A DNA stretch of 60,611 nucleotides, counting the filler, from an uncultured virus (IMG/VR IMGVR_UViG_2061766007_003579) (lineage: Duplodnaviria; Heunggongvirae; Uroviricota; Caudoviricetes). It is 3 parts of one record of this genome, joined end to end, with 100 filler letters (N's around TTAATTAATTAA, not from the genome) between each part and the next. Parts side by side here need not be neighbours in the genome. Positions count along the whole stretch, not along the records: positions 1 to 23,269 come from IMGVR_UViG_2061766007_003579; 2 more parts are not named here. The stretch is one strand, 5' to 3'. Position 1 is the stretch's first letter. Each line of letters begins with the position of its first letter. Shown here in pieces: positions 1-9,654 of the stretch. The position numbers were made by a program, and so were the translations under genes. A model generated the notes under the pieces. That model saw only the letters and a program-made list of their open reading frames with translations. It was not told the DNA's origin and ran no database searches.

Positions 1-591
1 ATCGAACACCTTCTGTAAGACACTGATCTTCTCGGGTGCTTTATTCTTCAAGTAGGACGACAGATCCTTACCTGTTTTCTCAAGGAGCGCAGAACAGTCC
101 TCTTCATCATCCTCAGAGGGTTTGCTGAGTCTGAAGGTGTCGATAGTCTTCCACTTGTTTCTAATCTTGTTCCCCTTTACGTTAAACAAAGACTTGTTCG
201 CAACAGCGGCGTCTAGGACTTCCTGCCTGTAATGCTCATACTCTTCTTTGCCTGGACCGATGATCAAATGCAGCGTAGCCTCGCCTACATCGGAGACATA
301 GATCTCAAAAGCGACAAGATAATCATCCGTGATCCATCCGCTTCCCATCCCCTTTGTGTTAAGCAGTCCGTTTGGAATGAAACGGATATATGTGTAGGCG
401 CTGGAGTCAGGCAGATATGTGATATTTAGCTCTTCCTCATGCTCAGCAAGGAACTTATTTATGAACTGGGAGATGTCACTGCGAAGATCCGGCTTGTTCT
501 CAAAGATGAGATCAAGGGCATCCTTGTGCTTGAAATAGATCTTGTTGCAGATTTCTTTGATTTCCTTATCTTCCACAATATGTCTCCTTAT
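1..591 (-). CDS. PD-(D/E)XK nuclease family protein, middle/C-terminal fragment (second allele of 1867-2827)
   Basis: Minus strand reads IRRHIVEDKEIKEICNKIYFKHKDALDLIFENKPD...LIIGPGKEEYEHYRQEV; bases 1-321 are near-identical to 1870-2190. Confidence 0.75.
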   Translation of the reverse strand, partial: MRRHIVEDKEIKEICNKIYFKHKDALDLIFENKPDLRSDISQFINKFLAEHEEELNITYLPDSSAYTYIRFIPNGLLNTKGMGSGWITDDYLVAFEIYVSDVGEATLHLIIGPGKEEYEHYRQEVLDAAVANKSLFNVKGNKIRNKWKTIDTFRLSKPSEDDEEDCSALLEKTGKDLSSYLKNKAPEKISVLQKVFD

Positions 592-626
592 NNNNNNNNN
601 NAACTAGTTATTTCACTGAATCCGAA

Positions 627-818
627 TCAATTATCGTAGTGCAAATGAGTTTTTATCTGTTTTCTCCTTAAATCATCCATCTGACAAAAAGCATCATCCG
701 CAATCCATGGGTTTTTGGATATCATGAGTTTATATAGTCTCAATTCTTCAAGCAATATCTTGGACCCCTCTTCATTTGAATGATGCAAGCAATCATCATA
801 CCCATCATCTTTGACCAT
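627..818 (-). CDS. hypothetical protein
   Basis: 63-aa ORF; start overlaps the stop of the XRE gene (TAATG). Confidence 0.35.
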   Translation of the reverse strand: MVKDDGYDDCLHHSNEEGSKILLEELRLYKLMISKNPWIADDAFCQMDDLRRKQIKTHLHYDN

Positions 819-1423
819 TACTTTCTATCCATGTAAAGAATTGCAAGTTTCTTGATTGTCGAGGAATCAAGAAAAGGCATAAGTCCCTTTATTTCAGAAA
901 GTTTGAAACTATCTTTATTCTCCTCCACGTACCTCATCACAAGAGAATCCAGAATCTCGTCAGCAAGGAATGGTGCCAAAGGAACCAGGTCGCCGATCCG
1001 AACCATTGCAATGGACTTCGCAATCTCGTTCAGGTCCTCATCATCCAAAAACGGTGCCAATGCGGCAAGATCACTTACATCACAGGACTTGCCATAGACC
1101 ATTTCTTTGATTGCCTTTGGTGGGACAATCGATGCTATCTTTGAAATATTCTCAATAGAGATATCCTCAACCTTGTCTTCAGTCAGTTCCTTGACAGTCT
1201 TTGTGATATTCTCATCCTCTTCACCTAAAAGATACTCAAGGCTTATCTCCAGGACGGAACAGAGTTGCTTAAGTTTGGAGATGTCAGGCATTGAATTCCC
1301 GCGCTCCCAGTTCGATACAGCTTGGAAACTGACCTCCATGGCATCTGCTAATGCCATCTGGGTCATATCCTTTGCAATACGTGCATCCTTAATTCTCTTG
1401 GCCGTCTTCATTGTGTCAAACAT
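818..1423 (-). CDS. XRE-family helix-turn-helix regulator with C-terminal LAPFL-type helical repeats
   Basis: MTQMALADAMEVSFQAVSNWERGNSMPDI HTH motif; GGAGG SD 5 nt before ATG at 1423. Confidence 0.85.
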   Translation of the reverse strand: MFDTMKTAKRIKDARIAKDMTQMALADAMEVSFQAVSNWERGNSMPDISKLKQLCSVLEISLEYLLGEEDENITKTVKELTEDKVEDISIENISKIASIVPPKAIKEMVYGKSCDVSDLAALAPFLDDEDLNEIAKSIAMVRIGDLVPLAPFLADEILDSLVMRYVEENKDSFKLSEIKGLMPFLDSSTIKKLAILYMDRK

Positions 1424-1866
1424 TTTGACCTCCTGTTTCATTGAATTCGCATCACCGGCTTGCAATTCAAATTTAGCCAGTTTCATGGTGAAGGTGAATA
1501 AATCATTACTTGAGATGCTCATTTCAATCTTCAGTTGAGAATGAAACAGAAGAGGAATCCTTTCTGAATAACGCTTCAACAACCTTTAGTCGAGCACCGA
1601 ACCATTGTATTTCTTTTGAGCAATGCACAAGATGGTCAATCCCGTTAGAATTCCAAACAGCAGCGGAATCCACCAATATGGCAAATATACGAGAATAAAA
1701 ACCCCTGAAACCACTCCTTAGTAAATCTTTGGAGTCGTTTTGATCTCGAACTGCATTCAGCAGATAATTACATAGCAGTCCAAATAACTACACGGTTCAA
1801 GTTATATAATTACACTTTATCCTTGAACCACACTTAAGGCATATGAATATTCCATCCCACATACGG

Positions 1867-2827
1867 TCAATCGAACACTTTCTGCAAAATACAGATTTTC
1901 TCGGGGGCTTTGTTTTTAAGGTACGCCGACAGCTCCTTGCCAATCTTCTCCAGTAGAGCAGAACAGTCCTCCTCATCGTCATCTGAGGGTTTGCTTAGTC
2001 TCAAGGTATCAATGGTCTTCCACTTGTTTCTTATCTTGTTCCCCTTTACGTTAAACAAAGACTTGTTCGCAACAGCGGCGTCGAGGACTTCCTGCCTGTA
2101 ATGCTCGTACTCTTCTTTGCCTGGACCGATGATCAAATGCAGTGTAGCCTCGCCTACATCGGAGACATAGATCTCAAAAGCGACAAGATAATCNNNNNNN
2201 NNNTGTCAGGATGTAATCCTCAATGTACAGTTTTGTTTTGTCCTTAAGGTCATAGTTTTTCACAATCTGTTCCAGCTGTTCCTTTATGAACAGATAATTC
2301 ATGTCGACCCAGTTGTCAGAATCGCTTGATTCCAATCCTTCAGGAGTCAGGTAAATCAGGACAAACCTATAGCCCTCAGAGTATTCTGACTTCAGATAAT
2401 CGAGATATCGCTTAAGCTGGTTGTCATGTTCCTTGGAAAAGATCTTGTTCTCAATTGCAAGAACCAGTTTGTTGGATTCTGATACGATGAGAATGTCTAT
2501 GTTCTCCTTCTCCCTGTAGACAAAGACATCTGACAGGTTCATCAGCTCAACATCTACCGGGCGAAGCCCTTTCATGATAGGCAGGTCCGTACCGTTCGTT
2601 GCATACAGAAGCACCTTCTTGAGCATGCGATCACCTAGACCATGATTCTCATTGGGGTTCAGCAGCCATGCAAGCATGTTGCTGTGACGTATCTCAAAAT
2701 GGTTAAGCCTCAGGATGTTGAATATATTCGCCTCATTTGTATAAGACCGCAATTCATCGAGGCAATCGATATGCAGAATGAAGTCATTCAACGCCGCAAG
2801 GCAGCTCTCCTTGTCCTTCTTATCCAT
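1867..2827 (-). CDS. PD-(D/E)XK nuclease superfamily protein (PDDEXK_4-like), interrupted by an N-gap
   Basis: EIRHSNMLAWLLNPNENHGLGD, IDILI..., IENKIFSKEHDNQLKRY, IYLTP motifs. Confidence 0.85.
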
Positions 2828-2833
2828 GCGCAT

Positions 2834-2863
2834 ATTTTATAGCCGGAAATCACAGATTAGCAA
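2834..2863 (-). promoter_or_regulatory. sigma70-type promoter, leaderless architecture
   Basis: TTGCTA-18-TAAAAT, 6 nt, then ATG at 2827; no SD. Confidence 0.55.
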
Positions 2864-2879
2864 TTAGGTGTTTGTCATA

Positions 2880-2908
2880 CCGTTAGTTTTTCTCACTCCC
2901 ATTGCCAA
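2880..2908 (+). promoter_or_regulatory. phage promoter-like motif CCGTTAGTT-N14-TGCCAA (copy 1)
   Basis: Same two boxes and same spacing recur at 28554-28582 on the minus strand, each ahead of an operon. Confidence 0.55.
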
Positions 2909-2920
2909 GGAAAGACACGG

Positions 2921-3388
2921 ATGCATCAAGTGCGTCCGGAAGGACGGTGTCTTATGGACATGGAAAAACTTAACGGCTCCGGGTACTTCGACCCGACAGC
3001 CTACGCGGCTCTAAAGCGCATTGAACGGGAACGGAAAAAACGTATCAACTACAGACCACGTGTCTTCATCTGCTCCCCCTATGAGGCTGACGACGGCCTC
3101 AACGCATCAAAGGCAAAGGAGTACTGCCGCTTCGCCATCAGAGAGGGGTACTCGCCTTACTGCCCGCATCTGTTCTTCAGTCAGTTCCTCAACGACGAGG
3201 ACAGGAGAGAGCAGGATCTGGGTCTACGCATGGGAATGATCTTCCTTGACTGCTGCACTCAGGTCTGGGTATTCGGCAAGAACCTCACCTCCGGGATGAG
3301 ACAGGAGATCGACAGGGCAAGAAGATACTCGAAGCCTATACGCTTCTTCACGACCGACTGCATGGAGGTGGACTGTGGGAATACCTGA
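2921..3388 (+). CDS. phage protein, DUF4406/nucleoside deoxyribosyltransferase-like fold
   Basis: NGSGYFDPTAY, RPRVFICSPY, PHLFFSQFL, VWVFG...SGMRQEI motifs; true start may be 2954-2960. Confidence 0.75.
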   Translation: MHQVRPEGRCLMDMEKLNGSGYFDPTAYAALKRIERERKKRINYRPRVFICSPYEADDGLNASKAKEYCRFAIREGYSPYCPHLFFSQFLNDEDRREQDLGLRMGMIFLDCCTQVWVFGKNLTSGMRQEIDRARRYSKPIRFFTTDCMEVDCGNT

Positions 3389-5930
3389 TTCGATCAAACA
3401 GAAGCCGTTCTTCGTCGGCTGGGGATACTTCAACCGCAACGGAAACCAGACCAAGACTCCGATAAACCCGCACACCGGCAAGTTCGCCAAGAGCAATGAT
3501 CCGGCGACATGGGGCACTTTTGAGCAGGCCAACAATGCAGTGAGCAAATACCACATCGAAGGCGTAGGCATAATGTTTGCAAAGGAAAACGGCATTGTCG
3601 GTGTGGATATAGACCATTGTTATGACCCTGAGGCCAAACAGTTCAATGACACTGCATCTGCCATTCTGGAGCGCTGCAGGACCTATACAGAGTTCTCCCC
3701 GTCAGGCAAAGGCCTTCATCTTTACTTTCTCGCAGAGGATAAACCTGCAGGTGGCAGCCGCAATGCCAACACCTGCGTCGAGATGTACTCCCGTGCCCGT
3801 TTCTTCACCCTCACGGAGAATCAGGTCGAAAACACGCCGGATGAGATCAAGCAGGACGAGGGCGAGCTCCAGTGGATTCTGGACACCTTCATAGAGAAGC
3901 AGAAGAAGCAGCCCAAGAAGGAGAAGACCTACAGCAAAACGTACCAGTTCGCAGACGATGAGATCCTCTCCCGCGCCAAGGCATCAAGCAACGGGCAGAA
4001 GTTCTCCGATCTCATCGAAGGCAGGTGGCAGAGCCACTACGGCTCCCAGAGCGAGGCCGACCTTGCGCTTTGCACCATGCTTGCGTTCTGGACCGGAAGA
4101 AACAAGGAGCAGATCGACCGCATCTTCCGCGCCTCAAATCTGATGAGGCCCAAGTGGGACGAGCGGCACAGCTCAAGCGGCGCCACTTACGGGGATGATA
4201 CTGTCTCCAAGGCCTGCGAAAGCTGCGAGGACACCTACTCCCCCGCAGCGGAGGGGCCTATCTTGGAGTCCTCCGGATGCTATGTGCGCTGCCGCGGTGA
4301 GGCAGTCTATCCCATCACCAATTTCACCTGCATTCCTCAGGAGCAGATCATCACTCCCGATGAGGACCAGCTGACGGCGGTCTTCGTCACCCGTGGCGAG
4401 AGGCTGACTCTGACATTCATGTCCAGCGACTTCTCCAGCACCCAGAAGTTCAAGGGCATGCTCAACCGCAACACCATATCCCTGTCCTTCGACGGAGGGG
4501 ACAGCGACCTCGAGGCACTCAAGGTCTACCTCAGCAACCTCAAATGGAACCGCAAGGCAGGTGTGAAGTCCCTAGGCCTCCATGAGCATGAAGGACAGTG
4601 GGTCTTCGTGGACTGCGACGGTGCGATGGCGAAGAACATAGTCGCCGTAGAGAATATCGTCCAGCTCTCAAGATACCGCAGCATCAGGACGGACCTCCTG
4701 TCGCACAAGAAGATAAGCAAGGAGGCTTTATCCGGAGTGCTGAAGAACCTCATGGAGTACAACGAGCCTGCGAAGACCATACCGATCCTCGGATGGTGCG
4801 CAGGGGCATTCCTCAAGGCAAGGCTCACTAAGCTCGGCATAAAGTTTCCCCACCTGGCGTTGATCGGAGAGGCCGGGTCCGGAAAGTCCTCCACTCTCGA
4901 GCGTGTGATCATGCCGGTCTTCGGATGCGACAAGGCCACCGCCGCAAGTCAGGTCACCCCGTTCACCCTGATGAGGGAATCGGCGTCATCGAATCTCATG
5001 CCGCAGTTCATCGACGAGTTCAAGCCGTCCAAGCTCTCGGATGCAAGGACCAGCGCCCTGTACAACCATTTCCGTGATGTCTACGACGGCCATGACGGAC
5101 AGCGTGGACGCGCAGACCAGAGCATCGCAGTCTATGAGCTGACCGCACCTATTGTGTTCGCCGGCGAGGAGTCTCCGCAGGAGGCTGCAATCAGAGAGCG
5201 AACCATTCAGACCCTGTTCTCCAAGAAGGATCTCAAAGAGAGCTCATACCGAAGGGCACTGAACAGCCTGGCATCCCGTGAGGACGGTCTCAAGGATCTG
5301 GGTTTCACGCTGCTTCTCGGTGCTCTTGAGATAAGGGATGCGGTTCTCGAGGCGTGGCACGAGATGGGCATGAACCACTTCCCGGAGGAGTTCCCGCCAA
5401 GGGTGGTGAACAACCTCTCATGCTGCTTTGTGGGGATCATGTTCCTCAAGGAGATTTGCGGCAAGGCATACGGGATCGACTGGGACAAGACTTTCCCTTA
5501 CTCGGTGAATGAATGTGCCGACGCCCTGACCTACTCTGCCCGGGAATACCTGCTTGATGGAGGCATGCACAACAGAAGCGCCGTTGAAGAGGCTCTGGAG
5601 ATTATGAGCCGTATTCCGACGCTGGTGTACAAACAGGACTATGCAGTCAATGAGACCGAGGGCCTTCTGATGCTGCACTTCCCTGACGTGTATGACAAGT
5701 ACACGAGGTACAGGCGCGAGTATGACATCAAAGGTGAAGTTCTGACGTATAACGAGTTCTCCAGACAGCTGCAGCACAGTGACCTCTTCTTACAGAAAGG
5801 CAAGCAGGTCTTTCACCCTGACAGCAGGAAGAACACAAAGATGTGGGTTCTGAACCTTGATCTGCTGAGCTCACGATGCGATGTCTCTTCGTTTCTGGAA
5901 CACAGGAATGAGGGAGGATTCTACTCATGA
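3375..5930 (+). CDS. primase-polymerase (NrS-1-like) with helix-bundle domain fused to an NTPase/helicase
   Basis: GIVGVDIDHC, TEFSPSGKGLH, SQSEADLALC..LAFWTG, Walker A GEAGSGKS, Walker B FIDE; GGAGG before GTG. Confidence 0.9.
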   Translation: MGIPDSIKQKPFFVGWGYFNRNGNQTKTPINPHTGKFAKSNDPATWGTFEQANNAVSKYHIEGVGIMFAKENGIVGVDIDHCYDPEAKQFNDTASAILERCRTYTEFSPSGKGLHLYFLAEDKPAGGSRNANTCVEMYSRARFFTLTENQVENTPDEIKQDEGELQWILDTFIEKQKKQPKKEKTYSKTYQFADDEILSRAKASSNGQKFSDLIEGRWQSHYGSQSEADLALCTMLAFWTGRNKEQIDRIFRASNLMRPKWDERHSSSGATYGDDTVSKACESCEDTYSPAAEGPILESSGCYVRCRGEAVYPITNFTCIPQEQIITPDEDQLTAVFVTRGERLTLTFMSSDFSSTQKFKGMLNRNTISLSFDGGDSDLEALKVYLSNLKWNRKAGVKSLGLHEHEGQWVFVDCDGAMAKNIVAVENIVQLSRYRSIRTDLLSHKKISKEALSGVLKNLMEYNEPAKTIPILGWCAGAFLKARLTKLGIKFPHLALIGEAGSGKSSTLERVIMPVFGCDKATAASQVTPFTLMRESASSNLMPQFIDEFKPSKLSDARTSALYNHFRDVYDGHDGQRGRADQSIAVYELTAPIVFAGEESPQEAAIRERTIQTLFSKKDLKESSYRRALNSLASREDGLKDLGFTLLLGALEIRDAVLEAWHEMGMNHFPEEFPPRVVNNLSCCFVGIMFLKEICGKAYGIDWDKTFPYSVNECADALTYSAREYLLDGGMHNRSAVEEALEIMSRIPTLVYKQDYAVNETEGLLMLHFPDVYDKYTRYRREYDIKGEVLTYNEFSRQLQHSDLFLQKGKQVFHPDSRKNTKMWVLNLDLLSSRCDVSSFLEHRNEGGFYS

Positions 5931-5933
5931 TTT

Positions 5934-6084
5934 TGCTAACCGCTAACCGTCTAACCTTGAATTCTTACACTACGCACGAGACGTGTTTTCTATTGCAATT
6001 GCGTACAAATGAAATTCAATACATACGCATTCGCATATACGTGGATAGTGCTCCAAAACGCAGTTAGCTGGTTAGCGGTTAGCA
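5934..6084. repeat. 22-bp imperfect inverted repeat built from CTAAC iterons; candidate replication origin
   Basis: TGCTAACCGCTAACCGTCTAAC (5934-5955) versus GTTAGCTGGTTAGCGGTTAGCA (6063-6084). Confidence 0.7.
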
Positions 6085-6100
6085 GACAAAGGTGACTGAT

Positions 6101-6376
6101 ATGGAAAAAGACATAGTCAACAGGATAATCAAATATCTAAGAACCCTGCCGCAGACATTCGTGTGGAAAGAACATGGCGGCATGTATGGAACAGCGGGAA
6201 TCCCGGATGTCATCTGCTGCCATCGTGGAAGGTTCATCGCCTTTGAGGTGAAGACGGACACAGGAAAGGCCACTCTCCTTCAGGAGATCACTCTGAAAAG
6301 GATATCGGAAGCCGGTGGACTCTCAAGACTTGTGAGAACCGTTGACGAGGTGAAGCAGATAATGGAGGCCCTCTGA
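6101..6376 (+). CDS. VRR-NUC domain nuclease
   Basis: KEHGGMYGTAGIPDVICC..GRFIAFEVK..G.ATLLQ. Confidence 0.9.
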   Translation: MEKDIVNRIIKYLRTLPQTFVWKEHGGMYGTAGIPDVICCHRGRFIAFEVKTDTGKATLLQEITLKRISEAGGLSRLVRTVDEVKQIMEAL

Positions 6377-6600
6377 TGAATAGAAAAGGCATAAGTCTTT
6401 TGGCAACGGCAATCGTGAACATTGCAGTGAATGACTGGAGGAAGGCACATGAGATGCTTCAGAAGGAACCTGGATATGTTGTCGCCTTGGAGACCGTCAG
6501 GGAAACGGAGCTCTTCTTCAGAAGCAATTGGTACCAGACACTGAGGGAATTCGCACCGGACGTCATTCCGGTTGACATCATGGAGGTTTTGAAAAGATGA
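6376..6600 (+). CDS. conserved phage hypothetical protein
   Basis: LATAIVNIAVNDWR...ELFFRSNWY; coupled to both neighbours. Confidence 0.75.
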   Translation: MNRKGISLLATAIVNIAVNDWRKAHEMLQKEPGYVVALETVRETELFFRSNWYQTLREFAPDVIPVDIMEVLKR

Positions 6601-7016
6601 CGAACAAGGAATACATGTCAAGGGCCTATCAGATTGACAAGAGGATCAAGTCAAGGAAAAACAGACTCGCCTATCTCAGGACAAAGGTCGGAACCTCAAA
6701 GCAGGAACTGTCCGGCATGCCGAAAGGCTCTCCTTCCCTATCCTCACAGATTGAGGAGCTGGCGATAAGGATCGTGGATCTTGAAGCATCAATAGAGCAG
6801 GACGAGAAGGAACTCACAACTGCAAGAGCTGAGATCTTGGGTTCAATAGAAAGCATCAGGAACGAGAACCTGGCAACGATCCTTCAGATGCGCTACTTGG
6901 ACTACATGAAATGGGAGGACATCATGGCAGCCATGGATTTCTGCCGGAGCTATTTGTATGAACTGCATGGGAGAGCCTTGAAAGCAATCAAACAGAGACG
7001 CTTAGTCAATGGTTGA
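6597..7016 (+). CDS. DUF1492/ArpU-RinA-like late transcriptional activator
   Basis: MTNKEY..., ILQMRYLDYMKWEDIM.AM..CRSYLYELHGRAL C-terminal HTH; lies before the packaging module. Confidence 0.8.
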   Translation: MTNKEYMSRAYQIDKRIKSRKNRLAYLRTKVGTSKQELSGMPKGSPSLSSQIEELAIRIVDLEASIEQDEKELTTARAEILGSIESIRNENLATILQMRYLDYMKWEDIMAAMDFCRSYLYELHGRALKAIKQRRLVNG

Positions 7017-7059
7017 TTTTTAATTGATACATCACGTAAATTGCATTGTATCTTTTTGA

Positions 7060-7115
7060 ATGTCAAATTATGTCAAATATTTTTCTTGACATTTCAAATA
7101 TAATCGTGATAGTCT
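7060..7115 (+). promoter_or_regulatory. moron promoter with operator-like repeats
   Basis: TTGACA (7086)-18-TAGTCT with extended TG; ATGTCAAAT twice (7060, 7070) and inverse TTGACAT over the -35. Confidence 0.6.
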
Positions 7116-7145
7116 CAAAATGTAAAAAGAAAAAGGAGCTGCATC

Positions 7146-7505
7146 ATGGATTACGACAGAATAATAATTGAACTGCTTAACAGGGTCTCCTTGCTTGAGG
7201 AGAAAGTATCAAAACTTGAAGAAACCAAAGAGGAGCTCTCAGAGACACCTAAAGGAAGCAAGAAATACAGAAAGCTTACAGACTTTCTTACAGAAAAGGA
7301 GTCGGCAGGAGTTTCAGAGGTACGTCTCACATTTTCTGAGATTGAGAAGATTCTAGGTTTTGAATTGCCTGAATCAAAGCGGCATAGAGCTTTCTGGGCC
7401 AATACAGAGAGTCATCCAATTGCCCTTGCCTGGCTCTGTACCTCCTATAGAACAGTTGAACCATCGGTATCATCTGAAACGATCATCTGGGAGAAACGAA
7501 GATGA
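7146..7505 (+). CDS. accessory protein: N-terminal coiled coil plus DUF7662-like domain
   Basis: KYRKLTDFL...LTFSEIEKILGFELP.S...FWAN...AWL; AT-rich; AAGGAG SD. Confidence 0.75.
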   Translation: MDYDRIIIELLNRVSLLEEKVSKLEETKEELSETPKGSKKYRKLTDFLTEKESAGVSEVRLTFSEIEKILGFELPESKRHRAFWANTESHPIALAWLCTSYRTVEPSVSSETIIWEKRR

Positions 7506-7714
7506 GAGACTCCATATATGAAAAGATTGATGAGGCCATAAACGCTTACACTTATGCTGCAGGCAAGAAACCTTCATTCATAAAGAAACTATTGATTGCA
7601 GAAAAGACGATACATGACAATACGAGTGTTTATCTGGTCAGAAGGTGTGGTATCAACTCAAAAGGGAAGCTCTATTTCCGTTGTTACACAACAAAAGTAA
7701 CAAGACTAAGATAA
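7502..7714 (+). CDS. hypothetical protein
   Basis: 70-aa ORF with ATGA overlap on the upstream gene. Confidence 0.4.
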   Translation: MRDSIYEKIDEAINAYTYAAGKKPSFIKKLLIAEKTIHDNTSVYLVRRCGINSKGKLYFRCYTTKVTRLR

Positions 7715-7733
7715 TCCTTTAAAACATAAAATA

Positions 7734-7812
7734 ACGGACTTGAACGGACTATTCGTTGCGTTCTAAAGTATAGTTGTAAAACCCGTAGGACAGGTAGTTG
7801 TTCTGCGGGTTT
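7734..7812 (+). promoter_or_regulatory. putative late promoter region and hairpin
   Basis: Direct repeat AACGGACT x2, TATAGT, then hairpin AACCCGTAGGA...TTCTGCGGGTT upstream of HNH. Confidence 0.45.
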
Positions 7813-7832
7813 CTCTTTGCCCGGAGGACTCG

Positions 7833-8198
7833 ATGCCGTACAAGCCAAAGAAGCCGTGCGCCTATCCAGGGTGCCCTCGCCTCACCAATGAGAGATATTG
7901 TGATGAGCACAGGAAACTCATGAATGCACAGTACGATGCACGTTACAGGGATCGAGGAGCAAGGGAGTTCTATATCAGCCATGAATGGAGAAGTCTTCGG
8001 AGGAACTTCCTGATTGACCATCCGTTCTGTGAGGAATGCAGAAGAAACGGAAAGTTGACGAAAGCGACTGTAGTTGATCACATCGTACCGATCAAGCAAG
8101 GCGGAGCAACATTGGATGAGGATAATCTCCAGGCGTTGTGTGCAGCATGCCACTCCCGTAAATCCATAGCTGAGGGATCTCGCTACGGCAAGAAATGA
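7833..8198 (+). CDS. HNH endonuclease (packaging-associated, HK97 gp74-like)
   Basis: PCAYPGC, HPFCEEC, VVDHIVPIKQGG, NLQALCAACHSRK. Confidence 0.95.
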   Translation: MPYKPKKPCAYPGCPRLTNERYCDEHRKLMNAQYDARYRDRGAREFYISHEWRSLRRNFLIDHPFCEECRRNGKLTKATVVDHIVPIKQGGATLDEDNLQALCAACHSRKSIAEGSRYGKK

Positions 8199-8290
8199 CA
8201 CCCCAGGGGCGGTCTGAATCTCTAAAGCCATTTGCCCCTATACCGGGCGGAGGCCATCGCGCGCATTTTTCGGTATTCAAACAACCAATA
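8199..8290 (+). other. probable cos/packaging-site region
   Basis: GC-rich non-coding stretch between HNH and TerS, the usual cos position in this architecture. Confidence 0.5.
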
Positions 8291-8308
8291 GCTACAGGAG
8301 GATTTCTC

Positions 8309-8836
8309 ATGTCAAAAGACGGAACAATGCGAGGCGGTCCGAGACCCAACTCAGGCCCCAAGAAGAAGGCATTGACCGACAAGATCGCTGCTGGAAAAGC
8401 CAACAACGAGATGGTTCTACCGGAACCCGCAGAGCTTGTCGGTGTTGAAGTCCCTGACGTGAAGGAATACATGAAGCGCAAGCAGAAGGACGGTTCCTTC
8501 CTCTGCGCTGAAGAGGTTTACAAGGACACATACATCTGGCTGGCTGCGCACCGGTGCGAGAAGCTGGTCAATCCACAGCTCATAGAACAATATGCAATGA
8601 GCGTCGCCCGATGGAGAGCTTGTGAGGATGCCATCACCCAATTCGGATATCTTGCTAAGCACCCTACCACACAAGCTCCCTCCACTTCTCCATTCGTGAC
8701 CATGAGTCAGAACTATATGAAACAGTCAAATCAGATCTGGTTTCAGATCTTCTCGATAGTAAAGGAAAACAGCTCGGTCGAGTTTGGTTCCACCGGTGTC
8801 ATGGACCCGATGGAGAAGCTTCTGAGTCAGATATAA
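8309..8836 (+). CDS. terS: terminase small subunit (P27 family)
   Basis: MSKDGTMRGGPRPNSGPKKK, YAMSVARW..CE, LAKHPTT...SPFV, DPMEKLL. Confidence 0.9.
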   Translation: MSKDGTMRGGPRPNSGPKKKALTDKIAAGKANNEMVLPEPAELVGVEVPDVKEYMKRKQKDGSFLCAEEVYKDTYIWLAAHRCEKLVNPQLIEQYAMSVARWRACEDAITQFGYLAKHPTTQAPSTSPFVTMSQNYMKQSNQIWFQIFSIVKENSSVEFGSTGVMDPMEKLLSQI

Positions 8837-8865
8837 ATCAACCCACATTCATTGGAGACTACCCT

Positions 8866-9654
8866 ATGTACGAAAAAGTCAATCCGGCGCACCCGGACAA
8901 ACTTGCTGATCGCATCGCCGGTGCGATAGTTGATCTCGCCTATAAAAAACAGCGCAATCCGAAGATAGCCGTTGAAGTTCTTCTGGGGCATGGTAAGTGC
9001 AACATCATCACCGAGTCCTCAGTCAAACTCAACGACAAGGACATCATTGAAGCCGTTGTCAGGATTGCTGGAGTCATGCCCAATATCAGCATCCATCAGA
9101 ATCCGCAGGACAAGCACTTGTCAGAGAATCAGGCCAAGGAGATTCGCTGCGGAGATAACGGAATCTTCAAAGGCACTCCGGTGACCAATGAGCAGATCAT
9201 GCTCTGTGCTGTTGCTAAGGATATCTATCGCAGATATCCGACCGATGGCAAGTACATCCTGGACAGAAACCGCCTGATCATCTGCCAGAGCCATACCGAG
9301 AAAAAGGTACTCTCAACGTTCTATCCATATGCTGAGATTAATCCGCTCGGTGACTGGACCGGCGGTCCTGATGTGGACTGCGGAGCAACAAACAGAAAGC
9401 TTGGTTCAGACATGGGAGATTCAATCACTGGTGGCGGCCTGCATGGCAAAGATTTGAGCAAGGGCGACGTCGCAATCAATGTCTACTGCTGGTTAAAGGC
9501 ACAGAAAACAAAAAAGCCTGTTGAAATCTCATGTGCGATCGGTGACAGCCATATAGACGGCAGACCCTACTCTGAGATTGTTGAAATCGCAAGAGATTAC
9601 ATAAGGTCAATCGGAGGATTTGAGAAGTTCGCCGAATGGGGGCTGATCAGATGA
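8866..9654 (+). CDS. metK: phage-encoded compact S-adenosylmethionine synthetase
   Basis: HPDKLADRI, CGDNG, GATNRKL, GGGLHGKDLSK correspond to MetK signature motifs; 262 aa. Confidence 0.85.
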   Translation: MYEKVNPAHPDKLADRIAGAIVDLAYKKQRNPKIAVEVLLGHGKCNIITESSVKLNDKDIIEAVVRIAGVMPNISIHQNPQDKHLSENQAKEIRCGDNGIFKGTPVTNEQIMLCAVAKDIYRRYPTDGKYILDRNRLIICQSHTEKKVLSTFYPYAEINPLGDWTGGPDVDCGATNRKLGSDMGDSITGGGLHGKDLSKGDVAINVYCWLKAQKTKKPVEISCAIGDSHIDGRPYSEIVEIARDYIRSIGGFEKFAEWGLIR

